A stretch of 64,000 bases of DNA from Alphaproteobacteria bacterium (GCA_004292675.1 RDXO01000015.1:9115-73114), one strand, 5' to 3'. Numbered from the stretch's first letter, positions 48,421 to 59,842 are shown. The notes: generated by a model not told the origin, from the letters alone. Translations and numbers: made by a program.

Positions 48421-51126
48421 TCACGAAGACTTTTCTTTTAACACCGCATGTGCTGCCGCTAAACGGGCAATCGGCACGCGAAATGGTGAACAAGAAACGT
48501 AATCCATCCCCATCTTATGACAAAAAGCAATGGATGCAGGATCACCGCCATGCTCCCCGCATATGCCAAGTTTAATATCAGAGCGCACGGCTCGCCCACG
48601 CTCACATGCAAGGTGAATCAGTTGCCCTACGCCTTCCACATCAAGCGTCACAAACGGATCATGGTCAAACATACCATGCTTCTTATACGCCCCAAGGAAA
48701 CTTCCCGCATCATCACGTGAGATTCCGAGCGTGGTTTGCGTGAGATCATTCGTACCAAAACTAAAAAATTGGGCATGAGGCGCGATTGCTCCTGCAAGAA
48801 GTGCTGCACGTGGCAATTCAATCATTGTCCCAACCATATAAGGCAATACCTCCTTATGATGCTGCGCCACATCTGCTGCCACCTCGTCAATCGCGTTCTT
48901 TAAGATACGCACTTCATCAGGATGCATCACTAACGGTATCATAATCTCTGGAAGTACAGTGATATTATGTTCGGCACGCACTGCATAGGCTGCCTCTAGG
49001 ATAGCGCGTGCTTGCATCGTATAAATCTCAGGATAGGTAATACCCAAACGGCAACCACGATGCCCCAACATCGGGTTCGCCTCATGCAAGGCATGGGCGC
49101 GTTCCCGAATCCGCTCAATGCTGATCCCCGCATGGTTTGCCACTTCACGCATTTCATGCTCGCTACGCGGTAAAAATTCGTGCAACGGCGGGTCAAGCAA
49201 GCGAATCGTCACAGGCAAGCCATGCATGGCATGGAAAATCCCTATAAAATCTTGGCGTTGCATCGGAAGAATTTTGGCAAGTGCCACTTGGCGTTCTTCC
49301 AAGGTTTCAGATAAAATCATCTGACGCACGGCTATAATCTTTTGTGCATCAAAGAACATATGTTCAGTACGGCACAATCCTATCCCCTCCGCACCAAAAT
49401 TGCGCGCAACTTTCGCATCTTCGGGCGTATCTGCATTGGTGCGAATCTTCAGCGTGCGTACCGCATCTGCCCAGTGCATCAAGCGTTCAAAATCACCCGA
49501 TAAATCCGCTGAAATCGTTGGTACAACACCTTCATAAACATCCCCTGTCGCGCCATCAATCGTGATCCAATCGCCTTCAGAAAATTGATGCGCCCCTGCG
49601 TGCATGGTGCGTGTTTTATAATCAATATGAACGCTGCTTGCCCCTGAAACGCATGGCTTGCCCATACCACGTGCCACCACCGCCGCGTGCGAGGTCATCC
49701 CCCCACGCGCTGTCAAAATCCCTTGCGCCACATGCATCCCATGAATATCTTCGGGGCTGGTTTCAATCCGCACCAATAATAATTTTTCTCCCATTTTGGC
49801 ACGTATTTCTGCTTCATCCGCAGAAAAGACTATGCGCCCAGACGCTGCCCCCGGGGAGGCAGGCAAACCACGTGTGACAAAATGCTTCGGTGCATTCGGA
49901 TCAAGCGTGGGGTGCAGTAATTGATCGAGTGCCAAGGGATCAACGCGCAATAATGCTTCATGTTGGCTGATAAGTCCTTCCTGCGCCATATCAATCGCAA
50001 TTTTCACAGCAGCAGCAGCGGTACGTTTACCTGCACGCGTCTGCAAAATCCACAATTTATGATTTTGTACCGTGAACTCAATATCTTGCATATCTTTATA
50101 ATGCTTTTCTAATAGGGAGCAGGTGGATTCGAGTTGACGAAACACCTCTGGCATGGATTCTTCCATAGCAAGCGTGGTATCTCCTGCTTCTTTCGATGCG
50201 ATGGTCAAAGATTGTGGCGTGCGAATCCCCGCTACTACATCTTCCCCTTGGGCATTAACAAGATATTCACCGTAAAAATGTGCAACTCCCGTGGATGGAT
50301 TGCGCGTAAAAGCAACGCCCGTTGCACAATCATCGCCCATATTGCCAAACACCATTGCTTGCACATTCACCGCTGTTCCCCACGATTCAGGGATATGATG
50401 CAATGTACGGTAGGTGATGGCACGGCGGTTCATCCATGAATCAAACACCGCTAAAATCGCGCCCCATAATTGCTCTTGTGGGTCTTGCGGGAACGGCACA
50501 CCCGTATGCGCTTCGACACGGCTTTTATAATGATCGCATAATTCACGCAAATCATCTGCCGTTGCTTCGGTATCTAACACATAGCCCTGCTCCATTTTGA
50601 GGTTTTCAATCGCATCCTCAAAATAATAATGCGGCACACCAAGTACCACATCGGCATACATCTGGATAAAACGACGATAGCTATCATAGGCAAATCGTGC
50701 ATTCTGTGTGCGCTGCGCAAGCCCTTCGACGGTCACATCATTCAAGCCAAGATTCAATACTGTATCCATCATGCCCGGCATAGATGCGCGTGAACCTGAA
50801 CGTACAGATACTAAGAGGGGATTGCTTGCATCGCCAAAGCGGGCATCAACATCGCGTTCAATGCGGTCAAGAGCTTGAGATAATTGCTCTTTTAACCCAT
50901 GAGGCAGTTGCTTGCCTTGTTCATAATAAGCATTACACACCTCCGTTGTGATGGTGCATCCCGGAGGCACAGGCAAACCAATCGCGCACATTTCTGCAAG
51001 ATTCGCTCCCTTGCCACCTAATAAATTGCGCATAGTAGCGTTGCCTTCCGCCGTACCGCCACCGAAATAATACACATACTGATCATCCTGATGAGGAAGG
51101 TTGGCAGAATTCACGGGTAGGTTCAT
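48421..51126 (-). CDS. ppdK: pyruvate, phosphate dikinase
   Basis: 901 aa with ATP-grasp, phospho-His (GGMTSHAAVVARG) and PEP-utilising TIM-barrel domains. Confidence 0.96.
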   Translation of the reverse strand: MNLPVNSANLPHQDDQYVYYFGGGTAEGNATMRNLLGGKGANLAEMCAIGLPVPPGCTITTEVCNAYYEQGKQLPHGLKEQLSQALDRIERDVDARFGDASNPLLVSVRSGSRASMPGMMDTVLNLGLNDVTVEGLAQRTQNARFAYDSYRRFIQMYADVVLGVPHYYFEDAIENLKMEQGYVLDTEATADDLRELCDHYKSRVEAHTGVPFPQDPQEQLWGAILAVFDSWMNRRAITYRTLHHIPESWGTAVNVQAMVFGNMGDDCATGVAFTRNPSTGVAHFYGEYLVNAQGEDVVAGIRTPQSLTIASKEAGDTTLAMEESMPEVFRQLESTCSLLEKHYKDMQDIEFTVQNHKLWILQTRAGKRTAAAAVKIAIDMAQEGLISQHEALLRVDPLALDQLLHPTLDPNAPKHFVTRGLPASPGAASGRIVFSADEAEIRAKMGEKLLLVRIETSPEDIHGMHVAQGILTARGGMTSHAAVVARGMGKPCVSGASSVHIDYKTRTMHAGAHQFSEGDWITIDGATGDVYEGVVPTISADLSGDFERLMHWADAVRTLKIRTNADTPEDAKVARNFGAEGIGLCRTEHMFFDAQKIIAVRQMILSETLEERQVALAKILPMQRQDFIGIFHAMHGLPVTIRLLDPPLHEFLPRSEHEMREVANHAGISIERIRERAHALHEANPMLGHRGCRLGITYPEIYTMQARAILEAAYAVRAEHNITVLPEIMIPLVMHPDEVRILKNAIDEVAADVAQHHKEVLPYMVGTMIELPRAALLAGAIAPHAQFFSFGTNDLTQTTLGISRDDAGSFLGAYKKHGMFDHDPFVTLDVEGVGQLIHLACERGRAVRSDIKLGICGEHGGDPASIAFCHKMGMDYVSCSPFRVPIARLAAAHAVLKEKSS

Positions 51127-51199
51127 AGGTGCAATCTCCGAACAAAAAATCAGACATCATCCTAACAAAAAATCATGCTGGTTGCGAATGATTTTTCAC

Positions 51200-52249
51200 T
51201 TATTGCACCAAATGCATCTGCAACACTTCCTCTAATGCGACATTCATGCGCTTTGCACATTGCGTCATAGAAAAACGTGCCGCAACATGCGCATGGGCGC
51301 GTTGCCCCATATCATGCGCGTCTGCTTCATGGGTGATGACTGCAATCAATGCCTGCGCCATCGCTTCTGGATTATCTTTCTCCACGATTTTAGCACAATC
51401 AAAGCCTGATAAAATCTCGCTTGGTCCTTCACTATCAGTAGCAACCAAAGGCAACCCATGCGCCATCGCCTCAATCACAACAATGCCAAAAGGCTCATGC
51501 AATGATGGCACACAGCACACATCAATCGATTGATAAAAATCACGATTATCACTCACCCAGCCCTTAAAGATGACACAATCATCCAATCCCAGTGAGGTGC
51601 ATAATGCTTCCAACGGTTCGCGCTCTTTGCCGTCCCCCGCAAGCCACGCTTCAAATGCATAGCCTTGATCACGCAGCAATGCCAAAGAGCGCAACCATAC
51701 ATCAAAGCCTTTTTTGGGAACTAAGCGTCCAATAGCCCCAAGGCGCACCGGATGATGCCACCTTGGGCGGGCGTGCAAGCCTTGAATCGCCACCATATTG
51801 GGCATATAGATGCATTGCTTTTGATGCATCCGTGGATGAAACTTCAAAATTTCCTCACGCATATGCTCGGTGATCGCAAACACTGCTTGAGCTTTATTGA
51901 GATCATTCATGCTGTAATTATGGGACACGGCAATAATAGGCACATGCGGCACATGCGCACGGGATACCAAATTCAACGCACGATTCCCGTGGGTGATAAT
52001 AATATCCGCTTGGAAGCCTGTAATGATTTTACGCAACCGTGATGATGCCCATACATCCCACTTGCTACGTTGCGCCAAGTGCGTTAAACCACAGCCAAGG
52101 CGCGTTGCACGCAGATTCACATCGGCTTGCGGATCAGTAATCATGAGGACATCATGCTGTCCATCTTGAAGCACCATAGCATAATCCAAGGAGGCTTGCT
52201 CTATGCCCCCTGATCCCTTGCTTAACATGATATTGATAATACGTAACAT
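51200..52249 (-). CDS. GT4-family glycosyltransferase (possible LPS core glycosyltransferase)
   Basis: EPFGIVVIEAMAHGLPLVATDSEGPSEIL (E-x7-E region). The gene lies directly downstream of lpxK. Confidence 0.8.
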   Translation of the reverse strand: MLRIINIMLSKGSGGIEQASLDYAMVLQDGQHDVLMITDPQADVNLRATRLGCGLTHLAQRSKWDVWASSRLRKIITGFQADIIITHGNRALNLVSRAHVPHVPIIAVSHNYSMNDLNKAQAVFAITEHMREEILKFHPRMHQKQCIYMPNMVAIQGLHARPRWHHPVRLGAIGRLVPKKGFDVWLRSLALLRDQGYAFEAWLAGDGKEREPLEALCTSLGLDDCVIFKGWVSDNRDFYQSIDVCCVPSLHEPFGIVVIEAMAHGLPLVATDSEGPSEILSGFDCAKIVEKDNPEAMAQALIAVITHEADAHDMGQRAHAHVAARFSMTQCAKRMNVALEEVLQMHLVQ

Positions 52250-52252
52250 ATT

Positions 52253-53239
52253 CTAAGAACTATACTCTAAATTCGCTAATAAAACATCTAACATATCAGT
52301 AAGGCGTGAATCAGGATGAGTACGCACTTCTATAGGAATTGCTACAATGGATGCACGCGATGAAGCATCGAAGCGCACCCAGTCTTTCTCTGTTGTGACA
52401 AGCGTTGCCCCTAATGCATGTGCGCGTTGCTGTAATTGCATTAATTCTTCTGCACTGTAGGGGTGATGATCAGAAAATGCAACAGTTTCTTGTACATTGA
52501 GCGCATATTTGTGCAACATCGTAAAAAACTTATCAGGTCTGCCAATCCCTGCAAAAGCGATAAGAGGTACATCGCGCACCGCATCAGGAATGGTGGGAAC
52601 AATCTCGGCGCGTAATAATGTGGTGGCACGAGGCACGTTGTGAATCAATAATGTATCATCTTTGCCCATCAATACCAGCACATCAGCGCGTGCTAATGCC
52701 TGCACAAACGGTTCACGCATAGGACCTGCGGGAATCATCCGTCCATTGCCCGTGCCATAAGCACCATCCACGACTAAGAATGATATATCCTTCTGAATGG
52801 TTGGATTTTGAAAACCATCATCCATCACAATCATGGTTGCCCCTGCCCTATGTGCCGCTTCAATAGAGGCACGACGATCACGCCCCACCCATACAGGGCT
52901 ACTACGCGCAAGCAACAAGGGTTCATCCCCCACCTCATCGAAATGATGCACTTCTGTTTGTACTCTTGTCGCTTTGATGATACTGCCACCATAACCACGT
53001 GAAATAATATGTACCACTTCGCCACGTTCGTGCAAAATACGCGCAAGTGCGCTAACGATGGGTGTTTTTCCTGCCCCACCTGCCACGCAATTTCCAACAC
53101 AAATCACAGGAATGGGAGCGCGATAAGGCGTGGTTGTACGCATACGCACACGATGCGCTGCATAATATAATGCCCCAAACGGAAGCAACATCCGAGCGTT
53201 CCATGAATCTTTTTGATGCCAAAAAGCAGGAGTGCGCAT
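52253..53239 (-). CDS. lpxK: tetraacyldisaccharide 4-prime-kinase
   Basis: VGNCVAGGAGKTP P-loop and ISRGYGG. Confidence 0.88.
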   Translation of the reverse strand: MRTPAFWHQKDSWNARMLLPFGALYYAAHRVRMRTTTPYRAPIPVICVGNCVAGGAGKTPIVSALARILHERGEVVHIISRGYGGSIIKATRVQTEVHHFDEVGDEPLLLARSSPVWVGRDRRASIEAAHRAGATMIVMDDGFQNPTIQKDISFLVVDGAYGTGNGRMIPAGPMREPFVQALARADVLVLMGKDDTLLIHNVPRATTLLRAEIVPTIPDAVRDVPLIAFAGIGRPDKFFTMLHKYALNVQETVAFSDHHPYSAEELMQLQQRAHALGATLVTTEKDWVRFDASSRASIVAIPIEVRTHPDSRLTDMLDVLLANLEYSS

Positions 53240-53243
53240 GAGC

Positions 53244-53585
53244 TTAGTCGCTTAACGGTTTTACAATAGGTGCATAACGCGCTTTTTTCGCAGCAATGCC
53301 AGAAACTCCCTGACGTTGTTGCAGCTCCGCCATGACATCACCGAAGGATAAATCTGCCTCTTCCAACGCGATGAGGATATGAAATAATAAATCTGCCGTT
53401 TCACAGATAATTTCTTGTTTGTTCTGCAACACCACCGCAAGAGCAAGCTCTACGCCTTCTTCCCCAATTTTTTGCGCAATTTTTGCACGTCCTTTAGCAA
53501 AACGCTTGGCAACATAGGAGGTTTCAGGATTACCATGTTTATGCGCTCTAATCGTCTCAATAAGTGCATCTAACGTGGATTCCAT
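53244..53585 (-). CDS. hisE: phosphoribosyl-ATP pyrophosphatase
   Basis: Small MazG-like protein: SYVAKRFAKG ... EEGVELALA ... ETADLLFHILIAL. Confidence 0.88.
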   Translation of the reverse strand: MESTLDALIETIRAHKHGNPETSYVAKRFAKGRAKIAQKIGEEGVELALAVVLQNKQEIICETADLLFHILIALEEADLSFGDVMAELQQRQGVSGIAAKKARYAPIVKPLSD

Positions 53586-53603
53586 CAGTCCTATCCTCTT
53601 TTC

Positions 53604-54368
53604 TTATAAACGTACTGGCACGCCATGCTGTGCCATAGTTGCTTTTACTTGTGGAATGGTGAACGTACCAAAATGAAATACGGATGCTGCCAATAAGGCT
53701 GAAGCGCGTCCATCACGATAGCCTTCCACAAAATGTTCTTTCGTTCCCACCCCGCCTGAGGCAATAATCGGTACACATACCGCATCGCTAATAGTACGAG
53801 TCATAGGAAGGTCAAAGCCCTCACCCGTCCCATCCCGATCCATCGAGGTAAGTAGAATCTCTCCCGCGCCATACTCCGTCATTTGCTTTGCCCATGCTAC
53901 GGCATCAATGCCCGTTTCTTTGCGTCCGCCATGCGTGAAAATCTCATAGCCACTCGGACTATTTCCCGATGCCCGCACATCCATGGCAATCACAATACAT
54001 TGCGAACCAAATTTTTGTGCAGCCTCGCGCACCAATTCGGGATTATGCACTGCAGCGGTATTTATGCTGACTTTGTCTGCCCCCGCACGAAGCAAACGAC
54101 GAACATCATCCACCGTGCGCACTCCTCCACCCACGGTAAACGGGATAGAACAACGCAACGCCACGGCTTCCACCATATCATACAACGTGCCGCGTTGCTC
54201 ATGCGATGCGCCAATATCCAAGAAACATAATTCATCCGCCCCTTGCGCATCATAAAGAGCCGCTTGCTCAACAGGGTCTCCTGCATCACGTAAATTGACA
54301 AAGTTCACTCCTTTGACAACGCGCCCATCCTTCACATCAAGGCAAGGAATTACACGACATTTAAGCAC
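53604..54368 (-). CDS. hisF: imidazole glycerol phosphate synthase cyclase subunit
   Basis: [16 protein letters not shown] motif. I set the start to GTG 54368 ([12 protein letters not shown]); the track ORF extends further into hisA. Confidence 0.9.
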   Translation of the reverse strand: MLKCRVIPCLDVKDGRVVKGVNFVNLRDAGDPVEQAALYDAQGADELCFLDIGASHEQRGTLYDMVEAVALRCSIPFTVGGGVRTVDDVRRLLRAGADKVSINTAAVHNPELVREAAQKFGSQCIVIAMDVRASGNSPSGYEIFTHGGRKETGIDAVAWAKQMTEYGAGEILLTSMDRDGTGEGFDLPMTRTISDAVCVPIIASGGVGTKEHFVEGYRDGRASALLAASVFHFGTFTIPQVKATMAQHGVPVRL

Positions 54369-55077
54369 GTAATGCCTCCTGATAGGGAATCGTCCCTTCA
54401 TAAAGGGCGCGTCCGATGATCATACCTGCAATACCGTCCGCTTCATAACGCTTAATCGTTTGAACATCCTGCATATTCGTCACACCGCCAGATAAAATCA
54501 CAGGCGTAGAAATGCTACGCGCAAGCATAGCGGTTTCTTCGATATTCGCCCCTTGCATCGCGCCATCGCGTTCAATATCGGTATAGATAATCGCTTCCAC
54601 ACCCGCATCTTCAAAGCGTTTGGCAAGCTCAATGGCTTCTAATTCAGAATCATCAACCCATCCTTCCACCGCTACCATACCACAACGCGCATCAATCCCC
54701 ACCGCAATTTTATTAGGATACATTCGACACGCTTGCTTGACTAATTCGGGATTTTTTGCTGCGATAGTACCAAGAATCACCCGTGAAATACCACGACTCA
54801 ACCAATGCTCAATATGGGCAAGTTCACGAATCCCACCGCCCAACTGCACAGGAATGGTAATTTTGGCAAGGATCGCCTCAATCGATTCCGTATTCATGCT
54901 TTTACCCGCACACGCTCCGTCTAAATCGACTAAATGCAGCCATGCGAACCCTGCTTCTTGAAAGCTATAGGCTTGATCTGCGGGATGCTGTGAAAAGACG
55001 GTGGCTTTGTCCATGTCACCCTTAAAAAGGCGCACACACTGACCTGATTTAAGATCGATCGCGGGATAAATAATCAT
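54361..55077 (-). CDS. hisA: 1-(5-phosphoribosyl)-5-[(5-phosphoribosylamino)methylideneamino]imidazole-4-carboxamide isomerase
   Basis: [17 protein letters not shown] start and GGGIR motif. Confidence 0.92.
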   Translation of the reverse strand: MIIYPAIDLKSGQCVRLFKGDMDKATVFSQHPADQAYSFQEAGFAWLHLVDLDGACAGKSMNTESIEAILAKITIPVQLGGGIRELAHIEHWLSRGISRVILGTIAAKNPELVKQACRMYPNKIAVGIDARCGMVAVEGWVDDSELEAIELAKRFEDAGVEAIIYTDIERDGAMQGANIEETAMLARSISTPVILSGGVTNMQDVQTIKRYEADGIAGMIIGRALYEGTIPYQEALRA

Positions 55078-55631
55078 GCATCTTCTTCATTGGCTTGTTT
55101 TGTTTGTTCTGCTGAGGCTGGTGTGTCTTGCCCCTTTTGGAACACATCAAAGGGTGAAAATAATGTGAACGCCTGACGCATCATATCGACATTGCGTTTT
55201 TGCAATGCCTCCATCTGCTCCACACTACGCCGTTGAATGGCTTCTATTTGCTCCAAAGGATTATAGCTGCCCCATATATCACGGAAATGATCAACGATTT
55301 TTTCTTGATTGGTTATAAAACTTTCCATACTCCCTTCAAGATAATAAGGGAAAATCTCACTGGCTTTATTATCATACAGAGAAATCATCTGCTTGAGGAA
55401 TCGTGCAGGAAGCATCTGATTTGTGCCGTTCAACTCTTGTTCAAAGATAATTTGTGCCAAAACTTGCCGTGTGAGGTCATCATTGGTTTTGGCATCTCGC
55501 ACCTCAAATTCTACACCTTGCGTCACCATCTTTTTTACATCTTCTAAGGTGATGTAGCTGCTCGTTTGCGTGTCATACAACCGACGGTTAGAGTATTTCT
55601 TGATGATCACAGGATAATCACGTTTAGCCAT
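55074..55631 (-). CDS. phaR: polyhydroxyalkanoate synthesis repressor PhaR
   Basis: IKKYSNRRLYDTQTSSYITLEDV ... DDLTRQVLAQIIFEQE is the PhaR N-terminal signature. Confidence 0.88.
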   Translation of the reverse strand: MAKRDYPVIIKKYSNRRLYDTQTSSYITLEDVKKMVTQGVEFEVRDAKTNDDLTRQVLAQIIFEQELNGTNQMLPARFLKQMISLYDNKASEIFPYYLEGSMESFITNQEKIVDHFRDIWGSYNPLEQIEAIQRRSVEQMEALQKRNVDMMRQAFTLFSPFDVFQKGQDTPASAEQTKQANEEDA

Positions 55632-55904
55632 AAAATTTTTGAACCCTATCTTTCTTATAGAAATGAACGCATAGAAAGCACGACTATATACCCATTTTAC
55701 TTCAAGGAGTTGAGTCCTTGACGTGAAATTAAGGGTATATCTTATTAAAGATACTCATCGTTTCCACATTTTGATACTACGTATCTTCATGCGCGATGAG
55801 TATAGTAGCTTTTTATACATCACGCAACGACTTAATATAAAAAAGTTAGGGTGCTTGATTTTTTATGCAGTCGTCCAGCCATTAATCTCAGGAAAATTAC
55901 TTAG

Positions 55905-56143
55905 CTCACCATCCCTCATGAGATATGAATGGTTTACTCCCCCGCCTGCGGGGGAGTCCAAGAATCAAGGCTTTTCAACGAAAAACCGCAGATGATTGGG
56001 TGGGGGCGAATAGGATACCCCCCCCACGGTTCAGCATCGGATTTCTTTTGAGAAATCCTTGCTTCACCAGCTCCCCCGCCTGCGGGGGAGCATAAGACCG
56101 AATGCATAGCGTGAAATATTTACATAATGTGAAGGGTGGCAAG
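55905..56143 (-). mobile_element. MITE family 1, copy 2 (reverse orientation, 239 bp)
   Basis: Flanked by a perfect 9-bp direct repeat, attacttag, at 55896-55904 and 56144-56152. Internal sequence is collinear with copies 1 and 3. Confidence 0.8.
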
Positions 56144-56198
56144 ATTACTTAGTTTTTGCGCTAGACAGATTATCAAAAAAAGCCTATAAATTGATTCC

Positions 56199-57278
56199 AT
56201 GAATCATCCGACGCTTACTGTATCACTCCCTGCCATTGTGGATAATTGGCAGAGTTTGCGTAATCGTACACGCAGCACATGCACGGCGGCTGTGGTGAAG
56301 GCAAATGCGTATGGCTTGGGCGTAGCGGAAGTGAGTACGGCACTTGCACGCGCTGGATGCGATGATTTTTTTGTTGCCACCTTAGAAGAAGCCCTTACCT
56401 TACGTGCTGCACTTCCAAATGTGCGTATTTATGTATTTCAAGGAGTGTTGCGTGGAGAAGAAGGTGCGTATCTTAAGCATAATCTTCGCCCTATTCTTAA
56501 TACGCCCCAAGCAATCGAGCAATGGTTAGACATTCAATCAAACCATAACCATGCCCCCTCCCCTATCGTCCATATTGATAGTGGGATGCAGCGTTTGGGC
56601 TTAAATCCTTCGCATCTTGATGATACTGCCTTGCGTGAAAAAATTAGGGCAACCAACCCAACGCACATCATGACGCATTATGCGTGCGCTTCTGATCTGC
56701 ATCACGCAATGAATGCTGCACAACGGCGCATCATGCAGCGTATTGAGCAACTTCTACCCACATTCCCCACCTGCTATGCCAATTCTGCAGGGCATTTCTT
56801 GCCACATGATTATCATGGGGATATGACACGCCCCGGATGCGCGCTTTATGGCATTAACCCGTGTGATGATTCCCCTGCTACCCTCATGCGTCCTGTCGTG
56901 ACGCTTTGCGCCCCCATATTACAAGTGCGTGATATTGATGAGGTGAGTACCATCGGATATAGTGCAACCGCGCCAGTACGCCCCGCCATGCGTACACTCA
57001 CTGTGGGTATTGGCTATGCTGATGGTATTCACCGCACCGCAAGCCACCATCTTAGTGCCTCTTTGGGGGGCATTCCTATCCCTATGCTTGGGCGCGTGAC
57101 GATGGATATGCTGTGCTTTGATGTCACCCATGTGCCGCAGCGCATTCTTGAACAGCATGATTCAGTGATATTAATGGATGAACGGCAAACGGTGGATGAT
57201 GTAGCACGCATCTATGGCACGATTGGCTATGAAGTCCTCACCAGCCTAGGCAACCGCATACAACGTATCTATCACTAA
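56199..57278 (+). CDS. alr: alanine racemase
   Basis: AVVKANAYGLG PLP-lysine motif. Confidence 0.92.
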   Translation: MNHPTLTVSLPAIVDNWQSLRNRTRSTCTAAVVKANAYGLGVAEVSTALARAGCDDFFVATLEEALTLRAALPNVRIYVFQGVLRGEEGAYLKHNLRPILNTPQAIEQWLDIQSNHNHAPSPIVHIDSGMQRLGLNPSHLDDTALREKIRATNPTHIMTHYACASDLHHAMNAAQRRIMQRIEQLLPTFPTCYANSAGHFLPHDYHGDMTRPGCALYGINPCDDSPATLMRPVVTLCAPILQVRDIDEVSTIGYSATAPVRPAMRTLTVGIGYADGIHRTASHHLSASLGGIPIPMLGRVTMDMLCFDVTHVPQRILEQHDSVILMDERQTVDDVARIYGTIGYEVLTSLGNRIQRIYH

Positions 57279-57291
57279 TACAGGAACGCTT

Positions 57292-57879
57292 ATGACACAG
57301 AAAGCTCGCACCGCAGTGTTTATCTCAGGAAACGGATCAAACTTGCAGGCACTCATGGATGCCACACGCAATGATACCAGCTTTCCCGCTGAAATCGTGC
57401 TTGTTTTATCCAACAAAGCCGATGCCTATGGTCTCACACGCGCCCACGAAGCAGGGATTGCCACCATCGTCGTTTCACACAAGGATTACCCGAATCGCAC
57501 CGCCTTTGATGATGCTATGCATCAGATCATGAAAGAACATGAGATTGAACTCATATGTTTGGCTGGTTTTATGCGCTTGCTCACCCCTGATTTTACCCAA
57601 AAATGGGCAGGGCGCATGATCAACATCCACCCTTCCTTATTGCCTGATTATAAGGGGCTAGATACGCATCGTCGCGTGTTAGAAGATGGCTGCCATGAAA
57701 CAGGATGTACGGTGCATTATGTGATTGCTGATATGGATGCAGGGGAAATCATCATGCAAGAACGTGTGCCAATCCTCGCTGGGGATACAGTCGAAGCATT
57801 ACAACAACGCGTTCACGCAGCGGAACATCGCATCTATCCCTACGCACTTAAAGAAGTCGCAGAAAAACTTTTGGGGTGA
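57292..57879 (+). CDS. purN: phosphoribosylglycinamide formyltransferase
   Basis: ISGNGSNLQAL and NIHPSLLP motifs. Confidence 0.92.
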   Translation: MTQKARTAVFISGNGSNLQALMDATRNDTSFPAEIVLVLSNKADAYGLTRAHEAGIATIVVSHKDYPNRTAFDDAMHQIMKEHEIELICLAGFMRLLTPDFTQKWAGRMINIHPSLLPDYKGLDTHRRVLEDGCHETGCTVHYVIADMDAGEIIMQERVPILAGDTVEALQQRVHAAEHRIYPYALKEVAEKLLG

Positions 57880-57987
57880 TCGCATGGCACAGTCTAGCTT
57901 TGCTTTTTTGCACCTGCACCGTGTTTTCTGCTTGGATTTTGCAGGAAATACCGCTAAAGTAGCGCGGTTATTAAAAAAGGACAGAAT

Positions 57988-58419
57988 ATGCACATTATTG
58001 TTGGTTCAGATCATGCAGGTTATGCACTTAAGAAGTACATTATCCACCATATCGAGCAAAATTATACAACCGATATTTTGCATGATGTCGGAGCGGATGG
58101 CGAAGACTCCGTAGATTATCCTGATTATGGCTACGCCGTAGCACGTCGCGTTGTAGAACACACAGGATCACTTGGTATCGTGGTGTGCGGTTCTGGCATT
58201 GGCATATCGATTGCAGCGAATCGTGTTGCGGGGGCGCGTGCCGCTCTATGCACAGGCGTGGAAATGGCGCGTTTAGCACGTGAACATAATGATGCCAATA
58301 TCTTAGCATTAGGGGCGCGTTTGATCACCCCTGAACTAGCCCTTGCATGTGTGGATACATTTCTCACCACACTCTTTGAAGGTGGTCGCCATGAACAGCG
58401 CGTCAAAAAATTAGGTTAA
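57988..58419 (+). CDS. rpiB: ribose 5-phosphate isomerase B
   Basis: [13 protein letters not shown] and [13 protein letters not shown] motifs. Confidence 0.92.
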   Translation: MHIIVGSDHAGYALKKYIIHHIEQNYTTDILHDVGADGEDSVDYPDYGYAVARRVVEHTGSLGIVVCGSGIGISIAANRVAGARAALCTGVEMARLAREHNDANILALGARLITPELALACVDTFLTTLFEGGRHEQRVKKLG

Positions 58420-58444
58420 TAATAAAAAAAGGTATATTAAGACT

Positions 58445-59806
58445 ATGACACAAGCAGTACAAAAAAATCAACCATCCACGCACGCACACGTCACGGAAGC
58501 AGGCTTCTTCCATACAGGATTGCGCGAGCGTGACTCCGCCATTTTTGATGCGATTGCGAGAGAATTTAAGCGTCAAAGCACAGGTATTGAGCTGATCGCC
58601 TCTGAAAACATCACCAGCAAAGCGGTGATGGAAGCGCAAGGATCGGTACTCACCAATAAATATGCCGAAGGTTATCCGGGTAAGCGTTATTATGGCGGTT
58701 GTGAGTTTGCTGATGTGGTGGAGCAATTAGCCATTGATCGCGCTAAAGAGCTTTATGCGTGCGATTATGCCAATGTGCAACCCAATTCAGGCTCGCAGGC
58801 CAATCAAGGCGTATTCACCGCTTTGTTGCAACCGGGTGATGTGATTTTAGGACAATCCCTTGCCGCTGGTGGGCATTTAACGCATGGTGCAGCACCGAAT
58901 CAATCAGGTAAATGGTTCAAGGCAGTGCAGTATGGTGTACGCCAAGAAGATGGCTTGTTGGATTATGAAGAAGTAGAACGCTTAGCACTTGAGCATAAGC
59001 CGCGTTTGATTATTGCAGGATTCTCTGCTTATCCGCGTGTGGTGGATTGGGCGCGTTTCCGTGCGATTGCAGACAAAGTGGGTGCATGGTTCATGGTGGA
59101 TATGGCGCATATCTCAGGCTTGGTTGCCGCTGGATCATACCCATCCCCACTCCCCTTTGCGGATGTGGTCACAACGACAACGCACAAAACCTTGCGCGGG
59201 CCGCGTGGTGGTATGATTCTTGCCAAAAATGGTGGGCTTGTCGTGCGTCAAACAAAATCAGGTGCAGACATTACCCTTGCGCAGGCGATTAATTCCGCTG
59301 TATTCCCCGGCATTCAAGGCGGCCCATTGATGCATGTCATCGCAGGAAAAGCCGTGGCATATGGTGAAGCCTTGCAACCATCTTTCAAGCGTTATGGTCA
59401 CGCGGTGATTGAAAATGCGCGTGCATTGGCGCAAACATTAGTCGAACGTGGTGTGGATATTGTCACGGGTGGCACAGACAACCATATTGTGTTGGTGGAT
59501 TTGCGCCCAAAAGGTTTAACAGGCAATATTGCTGCGGATAGTATGGAACGTGCAGGTCTCACCTGCAACAAAAACGCTATTCCTTTTGATCCGCAACCAC
59601 CCACTATCACGTCAGGGGTACGCCTCGGTACACCCGCAGGCACAACGCGTGGCTTTGGTGTGGAAGAATTCCGCCAGATTGGCAACATGATTGGTGATGT
59701 GTTGGATGGCTTAGTGGCGAATCCTCAGGATAATAGCGCGGTTGAACAGAAGGTTATAGAACAGGTGCGTGCCTTATGTGCGCGTTTCCCGATCTATGAT
59801 CTGTAG
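58445..59806 (+). CDS. glyA: serine hydroxymethyltransferase
   Basis: [10 protein letters not shown] and [14 protein letters not shown] (PLP lysine). Confidence 0.96.
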   Translation: MTQAVQKNQPSTHAHVTEAGFFHTGLRERDSAIFDAIAREFKRQSTGIELIASENITSKAVMEAQGSVLTNKYAEGYPGKRYYGGCEFADVVEQLAIDRAKELYACDYANVQPNSGSQANQGVFTALLQPGDVILGQSLAAGGHLTHGAAPNQSGKWFKAVQYGVRQEDGLLDYEEVERLALEHKPRLIIAGFSAYPRVVDWARFRAIADKVGAWFMVDMAHISGLVAAGSYPSPLPFADVVTTTTHKTLRGPRGGMILAKNGGLVVRQTKSGADITLAQAINSAVFPGIQGGPLMHVIAGKAVAYGEALQPSFKRYGHAVIENARALAQTLVERGVDIVTGGTDNHIVLVDLRPKGLTGNIAADSMERAGLTCNKNAIPFDPQPPTITSGVRLGTPAGTTRGFGVEEFRQIGNMIGDVLDGLVANPQDNSAVEQKVIEQVRALCARFPIYDL

Positions 59807-59842
59807 GGGCATATGCCTAAAAAAGTGGATGTTCCTGATGTG

